Shown here in pieces: positions 9,532-18,961 of a DNA stretch of 64,000 bases (within the stretch, counting starts at the first letter, position 1; the number at the start of each line of letters is the position of its first letter). The position numbers and the translations under genes are program-made. The notes under the pieces were generated by a model. It made no database searches, was not told the origin of the DNA, and was given only the letters and a program-made list of their open reading frames with translations. The stretch spans positions 4,480,001 to 4,544,000 of the forward strand of contig OZ244937.1 in the NCBI GenBank assembly GCA_965222075.1, written 5' to 3'. The DNA comes from Candidatus Latescibacterota bacterium. GTDB taxonomy: Bacteria > Latescibacterota > UBA2968 > GCA-2709665.

Positions 9532-12516
9532 CTATCGCAACAGCAGCATCCGCCGGGTCGCTTCAAACTCCCCCGCTGCCAAATGGTAGAAATAGATCCC
9601 ACTCGACACATTCCGTCCAAAGTCGTCCTGGCTGTCCCAGGTGACCCGGTAGCGCCCCGCCGGCCGCATCTCCTTCACCAGCGTCCGCACCCGCTGTCCC
9701 ACCAGATTGTAGACTGCCAGGTCCACCCGGGCTTCGGTCGGCAGCTCAAACGCAATGGCCGTTATCGGGTTAAAGGGATTGGGCACGTTTTGCAGCAGGC
9801 GAAATGCCCTTGGGCGAAGCTCCATCCGCTGCGCCGTCGGCAGACGTAAGGGTACGAATACCCCCTCATCGGTGATCACCATCCCCCTTTGTACCTTCAA
9901 CGCCACCCCAATGGCCTTCCCTATCGGCCGGAACCGGAGTTGAGCCAAGCGGCCGTCACCCTGTCCCACCCATCGCTCCTCGTCCTGTGCATACCCGCCT
10001 GCGATCATAATCGACCCGGATTCGTCGTGGTGCACCAGAAAGGCCCCGCCCTCGAAAGGCCCCTCAGCGCCCTTTCTTATGCCGAGGTACTCCGCCTCCA
10101 TAGGATCGTAGACCACCCGCAGCACATATCCCTGGGACGCAGGGATCGACTCGGCCTCCAGCCCTGCGACCACCTCGTCCGAAGCCCCCTCCAGCTGCTG
10201 CCACACCAGCGTGCCCGATGGGGGTGCAATCTTCCCCGCTCCGTTCATCAGCCGGACCAACACCAGGAAATCCTGAAAGTCGATCCGGCCGTCCTTGTTC
10301 AGGTCGAAGTGGGCGTCTGCATACCCCTGGGATTTGCCCATCATCTGCCTCACAAAGAGGACCAAATCAGCAAAGCCGACCAGGCCATCCCCGTCAAAAT
10401 CGGCCGGAGACCGCCGTGCCAGCCCGAAGAGGATATCTGCAAACGATTTCTCCTCCCCAACCACGATGGGTACTGCCTGGTCGGGTTTGGGCGTATCTTC
10501 ATAAAATTCGGCCACATAACCCTTGGCCTCGGCGCGCAGCAGATAGCGCCCGTCCCGCAGTCCGTTCAACTCATACGCCCCCGTCTGGACCGTCCGGGTG
10601 CTCCAGACCTCGGCCCGGCCGAGCTTCTGGGCCGCCACCACCGCTCCGGGAATGGGCCTCCCGGTCCCATAGGCCAGCACATAGCCCGAAATCAACCCGC
10701 CGCGCGTCAACGCGAAATCGACCTTTGACACCTCCTGACCCAACTCCACCTCCAGCCGTTTGGCCGCACCGGCGCTATCTGCCTCGCTGTACCAGGAGAG
10801 GATGTACCCCAGGGCCGATGCCCGTACAATATAGGCGCCTTCGGGAAGTCCGATAATACGGTAGGCCCCTTTTTCGGGATCCAGGATCTCCGCACGGAAC
10901 TGCTTTCGCACAATCGCCCTGTCCCGATCTCTGGACGGTGAAATCGAGACAGGCGGCGGAGCGTCCACAACCACCCCAGCGGATCCCGCAACCGCGGTCG
11001 TCCCACCCGACAGGGGGACCTGTCCGCCAACCGGGGTGCGCAACCGCGGCACCGGCACCGCCACCACCTCAATCCTCTTCAGAGCCCCATCCTCTACAGC
11101 GGTCACCCGGCCGGAAATAACCCCCAGCCTGGGCAGCACCACATCCATTCCTGTCACCACCTCCTCAACCCCCACCGGAATCTCTGCGGGCCCCGTGCCC
11201 TCGTCGTTCAGGTAGAACCGGGCCGCAAACCCCACCGCCGTTGCCTGCAGCGCGTAGGTCCCCGGGGGCAGGTCTTTAATCTGAAAGGTCCCATCCTTCT
11301 CCGTCTTCACCGCCCGCCCGGTCGGATGATGGGGCAAAACACGGTCCGGTTCCGCCCCTTCTGCCCCGTCGGACCGCCCGGGGGTGGTCAGAGGAACCCT
11401 GGGCTCAGGACGGCCACGTAAAAACACTACCGCACCACTCACCGGGTTCTCTTCTCGATCCGTTACCTTTCCAGAAACCGCACTCAGGCGCCCGAGGGCC
11501 AGATCAATCCCGGTGGTATGGGCGTTCGACAGCACCCGCACCGGATTTGTACCCTGACGTTTCAGGGTATTGGGATAATATTGGGCCGCATAGCCCTCGG
11601 CCCGTGCCCAGACAGTGTAATCGGCCCCGGGCAGGTTCGAAATCACATACGCTCCATCCTCTCCCGTATGTGCCTGCCTCCGCTTTCCCCCCGACCGGGG
11701 CTCTGCAACCACAAGCGCTCCCACCACAGGGTCTCCGCCCGTCCGGGCCGTTACCCGCCCAAAAATCGTCCCGACCGGCTTCAGCTGAAAATGGACGCCC
11801 GCAGGCTGGACCTCTAAGGTGACCCGTACAGGCGTCGCCTCGTCCCGCACGGCCGCGCCGTCGTAGAACACCCGCCCATACCCCTGCTTTGCGGCGGTCA
11901 TCAGATAGTTCCCGGGCGCCAACCCCGTCAACCGATACGTCCCGTCCTCGACCGTCTCCGCCGCCTGGCGGCGTCCATCGCCCACTACGGGCCACGCGAA
12001 GAGGGTCGCGCCTCCCATCGAACCCTCCCCGCTGTCCACCACCCGTCCCGAAACCCCCAGCCCTTCGGAGACCTCCACATCCACCCTCTCAATCCGATCC
12101 CCCACCCCAACCACAACCAGGCCGTTGCGCGTTCCGCCCGTGTAGAACGCCGTGAGATACCCCCGGGCCAGCACCCGCACCTGGTACTCCCCGGGCACGA
12201 GCCCTTCAATCAGATAACCCCCATCCGCCTGCAGGTGCGCCCCCCGGTGGAACGGCTCATCCGGAGAACGGCGCTCCGCCACCACCACGCCCACCGACGC
12301 CGGCGCCCCGGTCGCTTCATCCGTCACCTGTCCGGACAGGGTGCTCAGCGGGTGCAGCGCCACCGCCAGTTCCACACGCGGATGCTGCCGGTCCAGCTGC
12401 CCCTGGACGAATCCCGGAGGCGACGACCCCACCCTCCGCTCTTCCTCTGCATCCGCAAGCGTCGCTCCCAGTCCTGCTGCCAAAACAAAAAGACCAACCC
12501 ATTGCAGTAGACGCAT
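9532..12516 (-). CDS. Large secreted protein: carboxypeptidase-regulatory-like (prealbumin-fold) repeats, EF-hand/dockerin-like pair, cohesin-like segment, FlgD-Ig/T9SS-type C-terminal domain
   Basis: Signal peptide; repeated ISGxVT...GxYxIxxLxPGxYxVxAxAxGY units; ADFDGDGLVGFADL...FDLNKDGRIDFQDF; C-terminal LLQNVPNPFNPITAIAF...VYNLVGQRVRTLV...SGIYFYHL...RRMLLLR. Confidence 0.85.
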   Translation of the reverse strand: MRLLQWVGLFVLAAGLGATLADAEEERRVGSSPPGFVQGQLDRQHPRVELAVALHPLSTLSGQVTDEATGAPASVGVVVAERRSPDEPFHRGAHLQADGGYLIEGLVPGEYQVRVLARGYLTAFYTGGTRNGLVVVGVGDRIERVDVEVSEGLGVSGRVVDSGEGSMGGATLFAWPVVGDGRRQAAETVEDGTYRLTGLAPGNYLMTAAKQGYGRVFYDGAAVRDEATPVRVTLEVQPAGVHFQLKPVGTIFGRVTARTGGDPVVGALVVAEPRSGGKRRQAHTGEDGAYVISNLPGADYTVWARAEGYAAQYYPNTLKRQGTNPVRVLSNAHTTGIDLALGRLSAVSGKVTDREENPVSGAVVFLRGRPEPRVPLTTPGRSDGAEGAEPDRVLPHHPTGRAVKTEKDGTFQIKDLPPGTYALQATAVGFAARFYLNDEGTGPAEIPVGVEEVVTGMDVVLPRLGVISGRVTAVEDGALKRIEVVAVPVPRLRTPVGGQVPLSGGTTAVAGSAGVVVDAPPPVSISPSRDRDRAIVRKQFRAEILDPEKGAYRIIGLPEGAYIVRASALGYILSWYSEADSAGAAKRLEVELGQEVSKVDFALTRGGLISGYVLAYGTGRPIPGAVVAAQKLGRAEVWSTRTVQTGAYELNGLRDGRYLLRAEAKGYVAEFYEDTPKPDQAVPIVVGEEKSFADILFGLARRSPADFDGDGLVGFADLVLFVRQMMGKSQGYADAHFDLNKDGRIDFQDFLVLVRLMNGAGKIAPPSGTLVWQQLEGASDEVVAGLEAESIPASQGYVLRVVYDPMEAEYLGIRKGAEGPFEGGAFLVHHDESGSIMIAGGYAQDEERWVGQGDGRLAQLRFRPIGKAIGVALKVQRGMVITDEGVFVPLRLPTAQRMELRPRAFRLLQNVPNPFNPITAIAFELPTEARVDLAVYNLVGQRVRTLVKEMRPAGRYRVTWDSQDDFGRNVSSGIYFYHLAAGEFEATRRMLLLR

Positions 12517-12727
12517 CCACCCCCCTATGTGTATTAAAATACCAATATCCCCTGTCGATTCATAGAACAGTAACGGTCCAGCAAATCCCTATATATTAGC
12601 CAGAGCACCGGGCAGGTTTTGTTTCATTCCGGCCCAACCGAGAAAATATATACAAAACCCACCATTCGGCAAGCAAAACGGATTTCATGCACCTATTAAC
12701 GTTTAGATGTCCAAAAAGTTCAATACC

Positions 12728-13731
12728 TTAGTTCCTAAAATCCTGCAATTTCTGTACCCGTTTTTCAATTTTCAATCTTTCGTACGCCAGGGCCCCCGCG
12801 TGCAGATCCTGCACCGCCATCCCGTAAAATAGGCAATCGCCCCCTTCCCCCGCAGCCCCTCCAGGCGGCCCAACGCCGCATCCCCAACCGTGAGCGCCCG
12901 CCCCTCCCCATCCCGCGCAAACCCGATCTCTCCATAGCGGTTCCGCTCCAGAGCCACCCGGAACTCCCCCGATTCCCGGGCCTGGTCCGGATGGTCCACC
13001 ACAACCGCCCGGCTGCAGAGCAGGTCCAGATCGAGCTGCACCGTCCTCGAATCTCCCCCCATTACCGAAAGGTGGACATCTGCCGGGATGTCTCCGGATC
13101 CCAGAATCGGCCCGGGCGTTGGCACCGCCGCAAACACCGCATCCGCGCCGCTCACACAGGCCGCAATCGAATCCACCATGTGCAGCTTCGCCCTGACCTC
13201 CGGGCCCACCGCCGCCTCGAATGCCTCCCGGTTGGCCGTCCGCCGGCTCGTCGCCCGAATCTCTGCCGGGCGGTGCGCCCAATCTGCGCACAGGGCCAGC
13301 GCCCGGGCAATCCGACCCGTCCCCAGAATCGCCACCCTCTGCACGTCCTTCCGGGCCAGGTAGCGCGCCCCCAGCGCCCCGGCCGCCCCCGTCCGCATAT
13401 TCGTGATGTACTCCGCATCCAGCACCGCCCGCCTGCCCGACCTCAAATCCTCCAGCTCAATCGCGGCCGTCCGTTCCCCCAGCCGCCCCGTCGCCCCGTC
13501 CGAACGCTCCTCAATCACCTTCCGCGCCCGGTAGCGCCCCGGCCACTCCCCCGGCAGTTCCAGCCGGAATACATCCTCCCTGCCCTCCTTTTGAACCTCC
13601 TCCCGCCGGGACGGATTCTTCATCTCCCCCAGCCCGTAGAGCCGAAATGCCTCGTCACAGCTTTCCACAAAGTCCCTCACCGGTAGAACCTGCACGATCT
13701 CCGCATCCGAAATCCGGACAATATCATCCAC
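12728..13731 (-). CDS. Ornithine cyclodeaminase / mu-crystallin family protein, with a 1-nt frameshift near the 3' end
   Basis: LDAEYITNMRTGAAGALGARYLA and AILGTGRIA (Rossmann fold). The family C-terminus GMAVQDLHAGALAYERL is in another frame after the G run at 12821-12823. Likely GTG start at 13731 with AAGGGGG RBS. Confidence 0.8.
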
Positions 13732-14114
13732 TGGAACCCCCTTGGTTTGGCCGGCTTCATTTTCCATAACTTTATCCCAAACAGGTCGACAAACGATACA
13801 AAGAAGGATGTTTTCATCTATGATTTCGACAGGTGACAATTCAACCGCCTGCTGATAGGTGCCGGAGTCATCGATCTGTCTGGGCACATCTCTCAGGTTT
13901 TCAAACGTAACCCCCTCGGCCATATCCACCACGTTTAGACTTGACGGAGCCTCATTGAGGCTTGATATTATAGGCCCATTCCATCTATCCTCACCCTGGA
14001 ATACAGAATGCAGAAAAGCACTCCCTGCGGTCTGGGACATCCGTTGCAACCCCTTGATTTACTTGAACTCATACGCAGAAAAACGGTTCAAAGTATTGAG
14101 GAAGGAGAGGACCA

Positions 14115-15485
14115 ATGAACCTCATCGTCATCGTCTTAGACAGCTTCCGGCAGGACCACGTCAGTTTCTACAACAGCGGAGAGGGGCCCTTCTCCAACAT
14201 CGGGGCCTGCCGGACCCCCAGCATCGACGCCTTTGCTGCCGAAGCGGTCGTCTTCGACAACGCCTACCCCGAGGCCCTGCCCACCATCCCCATCCGCTGC
14301 CAGCTCATGACCGGGCAGCGCACCCTCCCCTACCGCGGCTGGCAGCCCCTCACATCTGAAGACATCCACATCGCCCAGATCCTCTCCCACGAGGGCTACG
14401 TCTGCGGCCTCATATCGGACACCTATCACTTCCGCGCCCCCGGCATGAACTACCACCGCAACTTTGCGGCCTACCGGTGGATCCGGGGGCAGGAATACGA
14501 TCCCTGGGTCTCTGCCCCTTCAAAGCGGGAGATCAACGACTACGTCAACGAAAATTACCCTGAAGTCTGGCGCAGCCGCATCGGCCAATTTCTGGCCAAC
14601 ACCGACGGCTTCGCCTCCGAAGCGGACTGGTTCCCCGCCAAAGTCATTGACGAGGCCGCCGGCTGGCTGGAGACCAACCGGGCGCACGACAGGACCCTCC
14701 TCTGGATCGACTCCTTCGACCCCCACGAACCCTGGGACCCTCCTGCCCGCTTCGACACCTACACCGACCCCAACTATGGTGGTCCTCGCCTGATCATGCC
14801 CATGGGCGGCCAGGCCGCAGACTGGGCCTCCCCCGAACAGATCGCTCACATCCAGGGCCTCTACGCCGGAGAATCCGCCTTTGTCGACCACTGCCTCGGC
14901 CGCCTCTTTGACAGCTTAAAAAACCTCGGCTATTACGACGATTCCATCATCCTGCTCATGGCCGACCACGGCCACCCCCTTGGCGACCACGGCAAGTTTC
15001 TCAAAGGCGCCGACCGGATGTACAACGAACTCCTCAACGTCCCCTTTATGGTCCGCCTGCCCAGAGGGGAAGGCGGAGGCCGTCGCACCTCCGCCATCGT
15101 CCAGTTCCACGATGTCCTCCCCACCCTTTTAGAGGCCGTCGGGTTGGGCAACAACACCTCCGCCATGGCCGGCCAAAGCTTTCTCCCCGTCCTCAAAGGT
15201 AACGCCGACGACCACCGGGAGGCCATCATCACCGGCTACCACCACGGCATCGACCGCTGCACCCGGGACAGAACCTGGAGCTACATCCAGCGACCCGAGG
15301 GAGCACCGGACGAACTCTACAACCTCATCGACGACCCGCAGGAGAGACACAACCACATTGACGAGCACCCCCAGGAGGCCCTCCGTCTCGCCTCTGCTTT
15401 TGGCAACCACTTCAAGCGCAGCCGCACACGCATCGTCAAAGGCCTACAGGGCGAATACGAGATGTCCTCGTCCAGTATTGCGTAA
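14115..15485 (+). CDS. Sulfatase-like (alkaline phosphatase superfamily) hydrolase
   Basis: LIVIVLDSFRQDH, FDNAYPEALPTIPIRCQLMTG, DSFDPHEPWDPP, MADHGHPLGDHG, ELYNLIDDPQE; AAGGAGAGG RBS. Confidence 0.9.
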   Translation: MNLIVIVLDSFRQDHVSFYNSGEGPFSNIGACRTPSIDAFAAEAVVFDNAYPEALPTIPIRCQLMTGQRTLPYRGWQPLTSEDIHIAQILSHEGYVCGLISDTYHFRAPGMNYHRNFAAYRWIRGQEYDPWVSAPSKREINDYVNENYPEVWRSRIGQFLANTDGFASEADWFPAKVIDEAAGWLETNRAHDRTLLWIDSFDPHEPWDPPARFDTYTDPNYGGPRLIMPMGGQAADWASPEQIAHIQGLYAGESAFVDHCLGRLFDSLKNLGYYDDSIILLMADHGHPLGDHGKFLKGADRMYNELLNVPFMVRLPRGEGGGRRTSAIVQFHDVLPTLLEAVGLGNNTSAMAGQSFLPVLKGNADDHREAIITGYHHGIDRCTRDRTWSYIQRPEGAPDELYNLIDDPQERHNHIDEHPQEALRLASAFGNHFKRSRTRIVKGLQGEYEMSSSSIA

Positions 15486-15527
15486 TATTTTACACCATTT
15501 TGCATGACGGGCCAGCTGGAAGGGAGG

Positions 15528-17294
15528 TCAGTCCGCGGCGCTCTGACGGTTGGGGGCAAACTGCCATTTTCTGGAGAGGTCCTGGGCGCGGACCATCCTG
15601 GCGTAGAGGCCGTCGGCATCCATCAGGTCGTCGTGGGTGCCGGTTTCGACGATGCGGCCCGCGTCTAAGACGACGATTTTGTCGGCGTTTCGGACGGTGG
15701 AGAGGCGGTGGGCGATGACGAGGGTGGTGCGGTGGCGGGTCAGGCGGGAGATGGCCTCCTGGATGAAGGACTCGGTTTCGGCGTCTACGGAGGAGGTGGC
15801 CTCATCCAGGATGAGGATAGGGGCGTCTTTGAGAATCGCGCGGGCGATGGAGAGGCGCTGTTTCTGGCCGCCTGAGAGGCGCACGCCCCGTTCGCCGATG
15901 AGGGTGTCGTAGCCGTCGGGCAGGTCGAGGATAAAGGGATCGGCGTTGGCCGCCCGGGCGGCGCTTTGGACCTCATCCTCGTTGGCTTCCGGGCGGCCGA
16001 AGAGGAGGTTTTCCCGCACGGTGCCGTGGAAGAGGAAGACGTCCTGGAGGACCGAAGCGATGTGCCCCCGCAGGTAGGCGAGGGGGAAGTTGCGGATGTC
16101 GTGTCCGCCGATTGTGACGGCGCCCTGCTGAGGGTCGTAGAAGCGGGGGATGAGGCTGGTAACGGTGGTCTTGCCAGCGCCGGTGGGGCCGACTAAGGCG
16201 ACGATTTCACCCTCGTCAATCCGCAGGTCGATGTTGAACAGGACGGGCACGTCGGCATCGTAGCCGAAGGTGACGTCCCGGAGGCGGATGTTCCAGGCGA
16301 TATGCTCGGGCGCGGCGGCGTCTGGGGCGTCTGCGATGTCGGATTGGACGGCGAGGAGGTCCAGGACGCGGTCGGTGCTGGCGGCTGCCTTCTGGAGGAT
16401 GTCGTTGAAGGAGGCAAGCTGGAGGAAGGGCTGGTAGATGTGGCCCATGTAGACGATGAAAACGAAGAGGTCGGCCACGGAGATCGTTCTCTCCAAGGCC
16501 ATGACCCCACCGCTCCAGATGACCAGGACGATGCCGAGACCGCCGATGGCCTCGATGATGCCGGCGGGTAAAATGGAGATTCTGTTGGCGGCGATGCTGC
16601 TGTCTCTGAACTTTCGGCTCTGGGTTTCCACCAGGCGGGCGCGGTTGTGCTCCTGCACGAAGGACTTGATCACGGGGATGCCGGAGAAGCTGTCCTGCAC
16701 CAGGGCGACCAGGTTGGAGAGGTGTTCCCGGACGGACCGCCACATGGCGCGTACCTTTGAGACGTAGCGATAGACCAGGAGAGCGGCGACGGGGATGGGC
16801 AGGAGGGTGACGAGGGCGAGTTTGGGGTTGAGGGTGAAGAGGACGGCCATCATGGAGACCGGGATGAGGGTGGCCAGGGCGGTTTCCGGAACCCCGTGGG
16901 CGACAAAGTCTTCGACCGCCTCGATGTCGTTGATCGATCGGGAGATGAGGCTGCCGGTACGCTTCGTGTTGAAGAAGCGGTGGGGCAGGGTCTGGAGGTG
17001 CCGGTAGACCCGGGTCATCAGGTCGTGCATGACCTGGTAGGCGGTGATGTGCGAGAAGAAGCCGTAGCCGTAGCGGGCGGCGCCCCTCAGGAGGTAGACG
17101 CCGACGAGGAGGAGGCTGACCTGGAGCAGCGCTTCCGGGCTCCCCCCGCCCTGGGTCAGCCACTGGATAAGTTTGCGGATGAGCAGGGGGGGCAGGAGGT
17201 TGGCCGCGGTAAAGAGGAGGCCGCAGCCGATCGAGAGGGCCATAGGGAGGCGCCGGCCCTTCAGAAGGCGATAAAACTGGATGAAAAAGGCCAT
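15528..17294 (-). CDS. ABC exporter, fused permease/ATPase (MsbA/MdlB-like)
   Basis: N-terminal TM helices, GPTGAGKTT, LSGGQKQRLSIARA, ILILDEATSSVD, IAHRLST. Confidence 0.93.
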   Translation of the reverse strand: MAFFIQFYRLLKGRRLPMALSIGCGLLFTAANLLPPLLIRKLIQWLTQGGGSPEALLQVSLLLVGVYLLRGAARYGYGFFSHITAYQVMHDLMTRVYRHLQTLPHRFFNTKRTGSLISRSINDIEAVEDFVAHGVPETALATLIPVSMMAVLFTLNPKLALVTLLPIPVAALLVYRYVSKVRAMWRSVREHLSNLVALVQDSFSGIPVIKSFVQEHNRARLVETQSRKFRDSSIAANRISILPAGIIEAIGGLGIVLVIWSGGVMALERTISVADLFVFIVYMGHIYQPFLQLASFNDILQKAAASTDRVLDLLAVQSDIADAPDAAAPEHIAWNIRLRDVTFGYDADVPVLFNIDLRIDEGEIVALVGPTGAGKTTVTSLIPRFYDPQQGAVTIGGHDIRNFPLAYLRGHIASVLQDVFLFHGTVRENLLFGRPEANEDEVQSAARAANADPFILDLPDGYDTLIGERGVRLSGGQKQRLSIARAILKDAPILILDEATSSVDAETESFIQEAISRLTRHRTTLVIAHRLSTVRNADKIVVLDAGRIVETGTHDDLMDADGLYARMVRAQDLSRKWQFAPNRQSAAD

Positions 17295-17731
17295 TTCTGT
17301 CCAGGGTTTTGGGGCGCATCAGATGACTGTACGGACTACAAACCTAGGGATGAGGGGCGACGAAGTCAACCCTTTTCACAGTCGGGAGGGACCCCCCCTC
17401 GAAATTTGGGTTGTGTTGGACGGGTTTGCGCTCTATATTACGGGGTCCAAGAGAACTGTTTTCTCAACGTAATATTTCTATATTTGTTTGAAATATATGA
17501 ATTTACGTTTGAGTAAAACGTGGTGTTGATGAAGTGGTATCCCAAAATTAACCAAATTGCTCGACAATCGATCAAAGAGAATTCGATTTATTTATCAGAT
17601 TTTCTGGAATCTCTCTGTTTCAGGATATTAATAACTTATTTAATATTTGATATTTATAGCTATATATGCACGTTAAAAAAGATTAGCTACGGTACTTAAT
17701 TTTGGGTATATTATGCCTTCAACACTTATAA

Positions 17732-17831
17732 AAAGATGTCTACGATCGGTTGGAGGGCGGGATAAAGGCTGGCCTGGGTTATATTGGGGCCTGTAGCCTG
17801 AAGGGAAAGTCTCAACAATGCCCGGTTTACG
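17732..17831 (+). pseudogene. Short remnant resembling the C-terminus of IMP dehydrogenase / GMP reductase (GuaB-like)
   Basis: KDVYDRLEGGIKAGLGYIGACSLK, then after a frame change ESLNNARFT, resembles the GuaB pattern xxLxGGxxxGMGYxGAxxxxELxxxARF. Confidence 0.45.
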
Positions 17832-17891
17832 GGTTGGCAGGATCGTGCGGTTTTTCCCAGAGTGATGGCGCACCACTCAGTGAGGGCAAGG

Positions 17892-18923
17892 ATGGCGGAA
17901 TCGAGGTTTACGGTTGATCCGACCGAGACCGAAGAGGCGCTGGTTGAGAAGATGACGGAGCCATCTCGGGCGGTTGTCGAGGCGGTCTCTCAAATCGACG
18001 GCGAGATTATGATCCTGGGGATCGCCGGGAAGATGGGGCTGACCCTGGGAGAGCTCCTGGCGCGGGCGGGCGCGAAAGGCGTGATCGGGGTCTCACGGTT
18101 TTCCAATCCGGCCGATCGGGACATATTGGAGCGCAAGGGTATCCGGACCGTGAAGTGTGACCTGACCGACGATGAGGGGCTCCGACAGCTTCCGGAGACG
18201 GGCCACGTCGTCCTGATGGCCGGGCACAAGTTCGGAGCGACTGGAAACGAACCTCTCACCTGGGCGATGAACACCCTGCTGCCGGCCAAGGTGATGCAGC
18301 GGTTTCAGGAGTCCCGGATTGTTTATGTGTCTTCGGGAAATGTCTACCGTTTTAAACACGTTAAAGAAGGCGGCGCTGTAGAGTCAGACCCGGTTGACCC
18401 GATTGGAGAGTACGCCCGGTCGAGGCTGGGGGGGGAGCGGCTGGTGCAGTTTTATTCTTTGCAGAATGGGACGCCTGTCACCATTGTCCGGCTGTTCTAC
18501 GCCACGGAGCTGCGCTACGGCATCATTCTGGATATTGCACAGTGGGTCTGGAACCGTGAGCCGATCGATCTGACGATGGGGTACGCCAACCAGATCTGGC
18601 AGGGGGACGCCAATGCCTACCTGGCCCGCTGCTTTCCCCTGTGTGAAAGCCCGGCGCGTATCCTCAATCTCACCGGTCCAGAGACGCTTTCGGTCCGCGA
18701 GTTGGCTATCCAGCTTGGAGGACTGATGGCCGTGGAGCCGGTCTTTGAAGGGGAGGAGGAGGATACGGCGCTGCTTGGGAATGCAGGGGCGCTGTTCGAC
18801 CTGCTCGGACCACCCAAAGTGACGGCGGCAGAGATCGTTGAGTGGGTCGCGGCGTGGGTGATGCAGGGGGGACCAACACTGGGCAAACCGACCAAGTATG
18901 AGGCCCGGGACGGAAAGTTTTAG
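17892..18923 (+). CDS. NAD-dependent epimerase/dehydratase (SDR extended family)
   Basis: ILGIAGKMGLTL, MAGHKFGATG, SSGNVY, GEYARSRLGGER, RLFYATELRYG. Confidence 0.85.
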   Translation: MAESRFTVDPTETEEALVEKMTEPSRAVVEAVSQIDGEIMILGIAGKMGLTLGELLARAGAKGVIGVSRFSNPADRDILERKGIRTVKCDLTDDEGLRQLPETGHVVLMAGHKFGATGNEPLTWAMNTLLPAKVMQRFQESRIVYVSSGNVYRFKHVKEGGAVESDPVDPIGEYARSRLGGERLVQFYSLQNGTPVTIVRLFYATELRYGIILDIAQWVWNREPIDLTMGYANQIWQGDANAYLARCFPLCESPARILNLTGPETLSVRELAIQLGGLMAVEPVFEGEEEDTALLGNAGALFDLLGPPKVTAAEIVEWVAAWVMQGGPTLGKPTKYEARDGKF

Positions 18924-18961
18924 GTACTTGCGGAATATCAAATCCGCAATTTCGGGAGGGT

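Noticed and set aside
13732-14049. 106-aa N-terminal extension of the OCD-family ORF
   Set aside because: Lower GC, no family motif, and a good RBS precedes GTG 13731. Probably non-coding or a decayed fragment.
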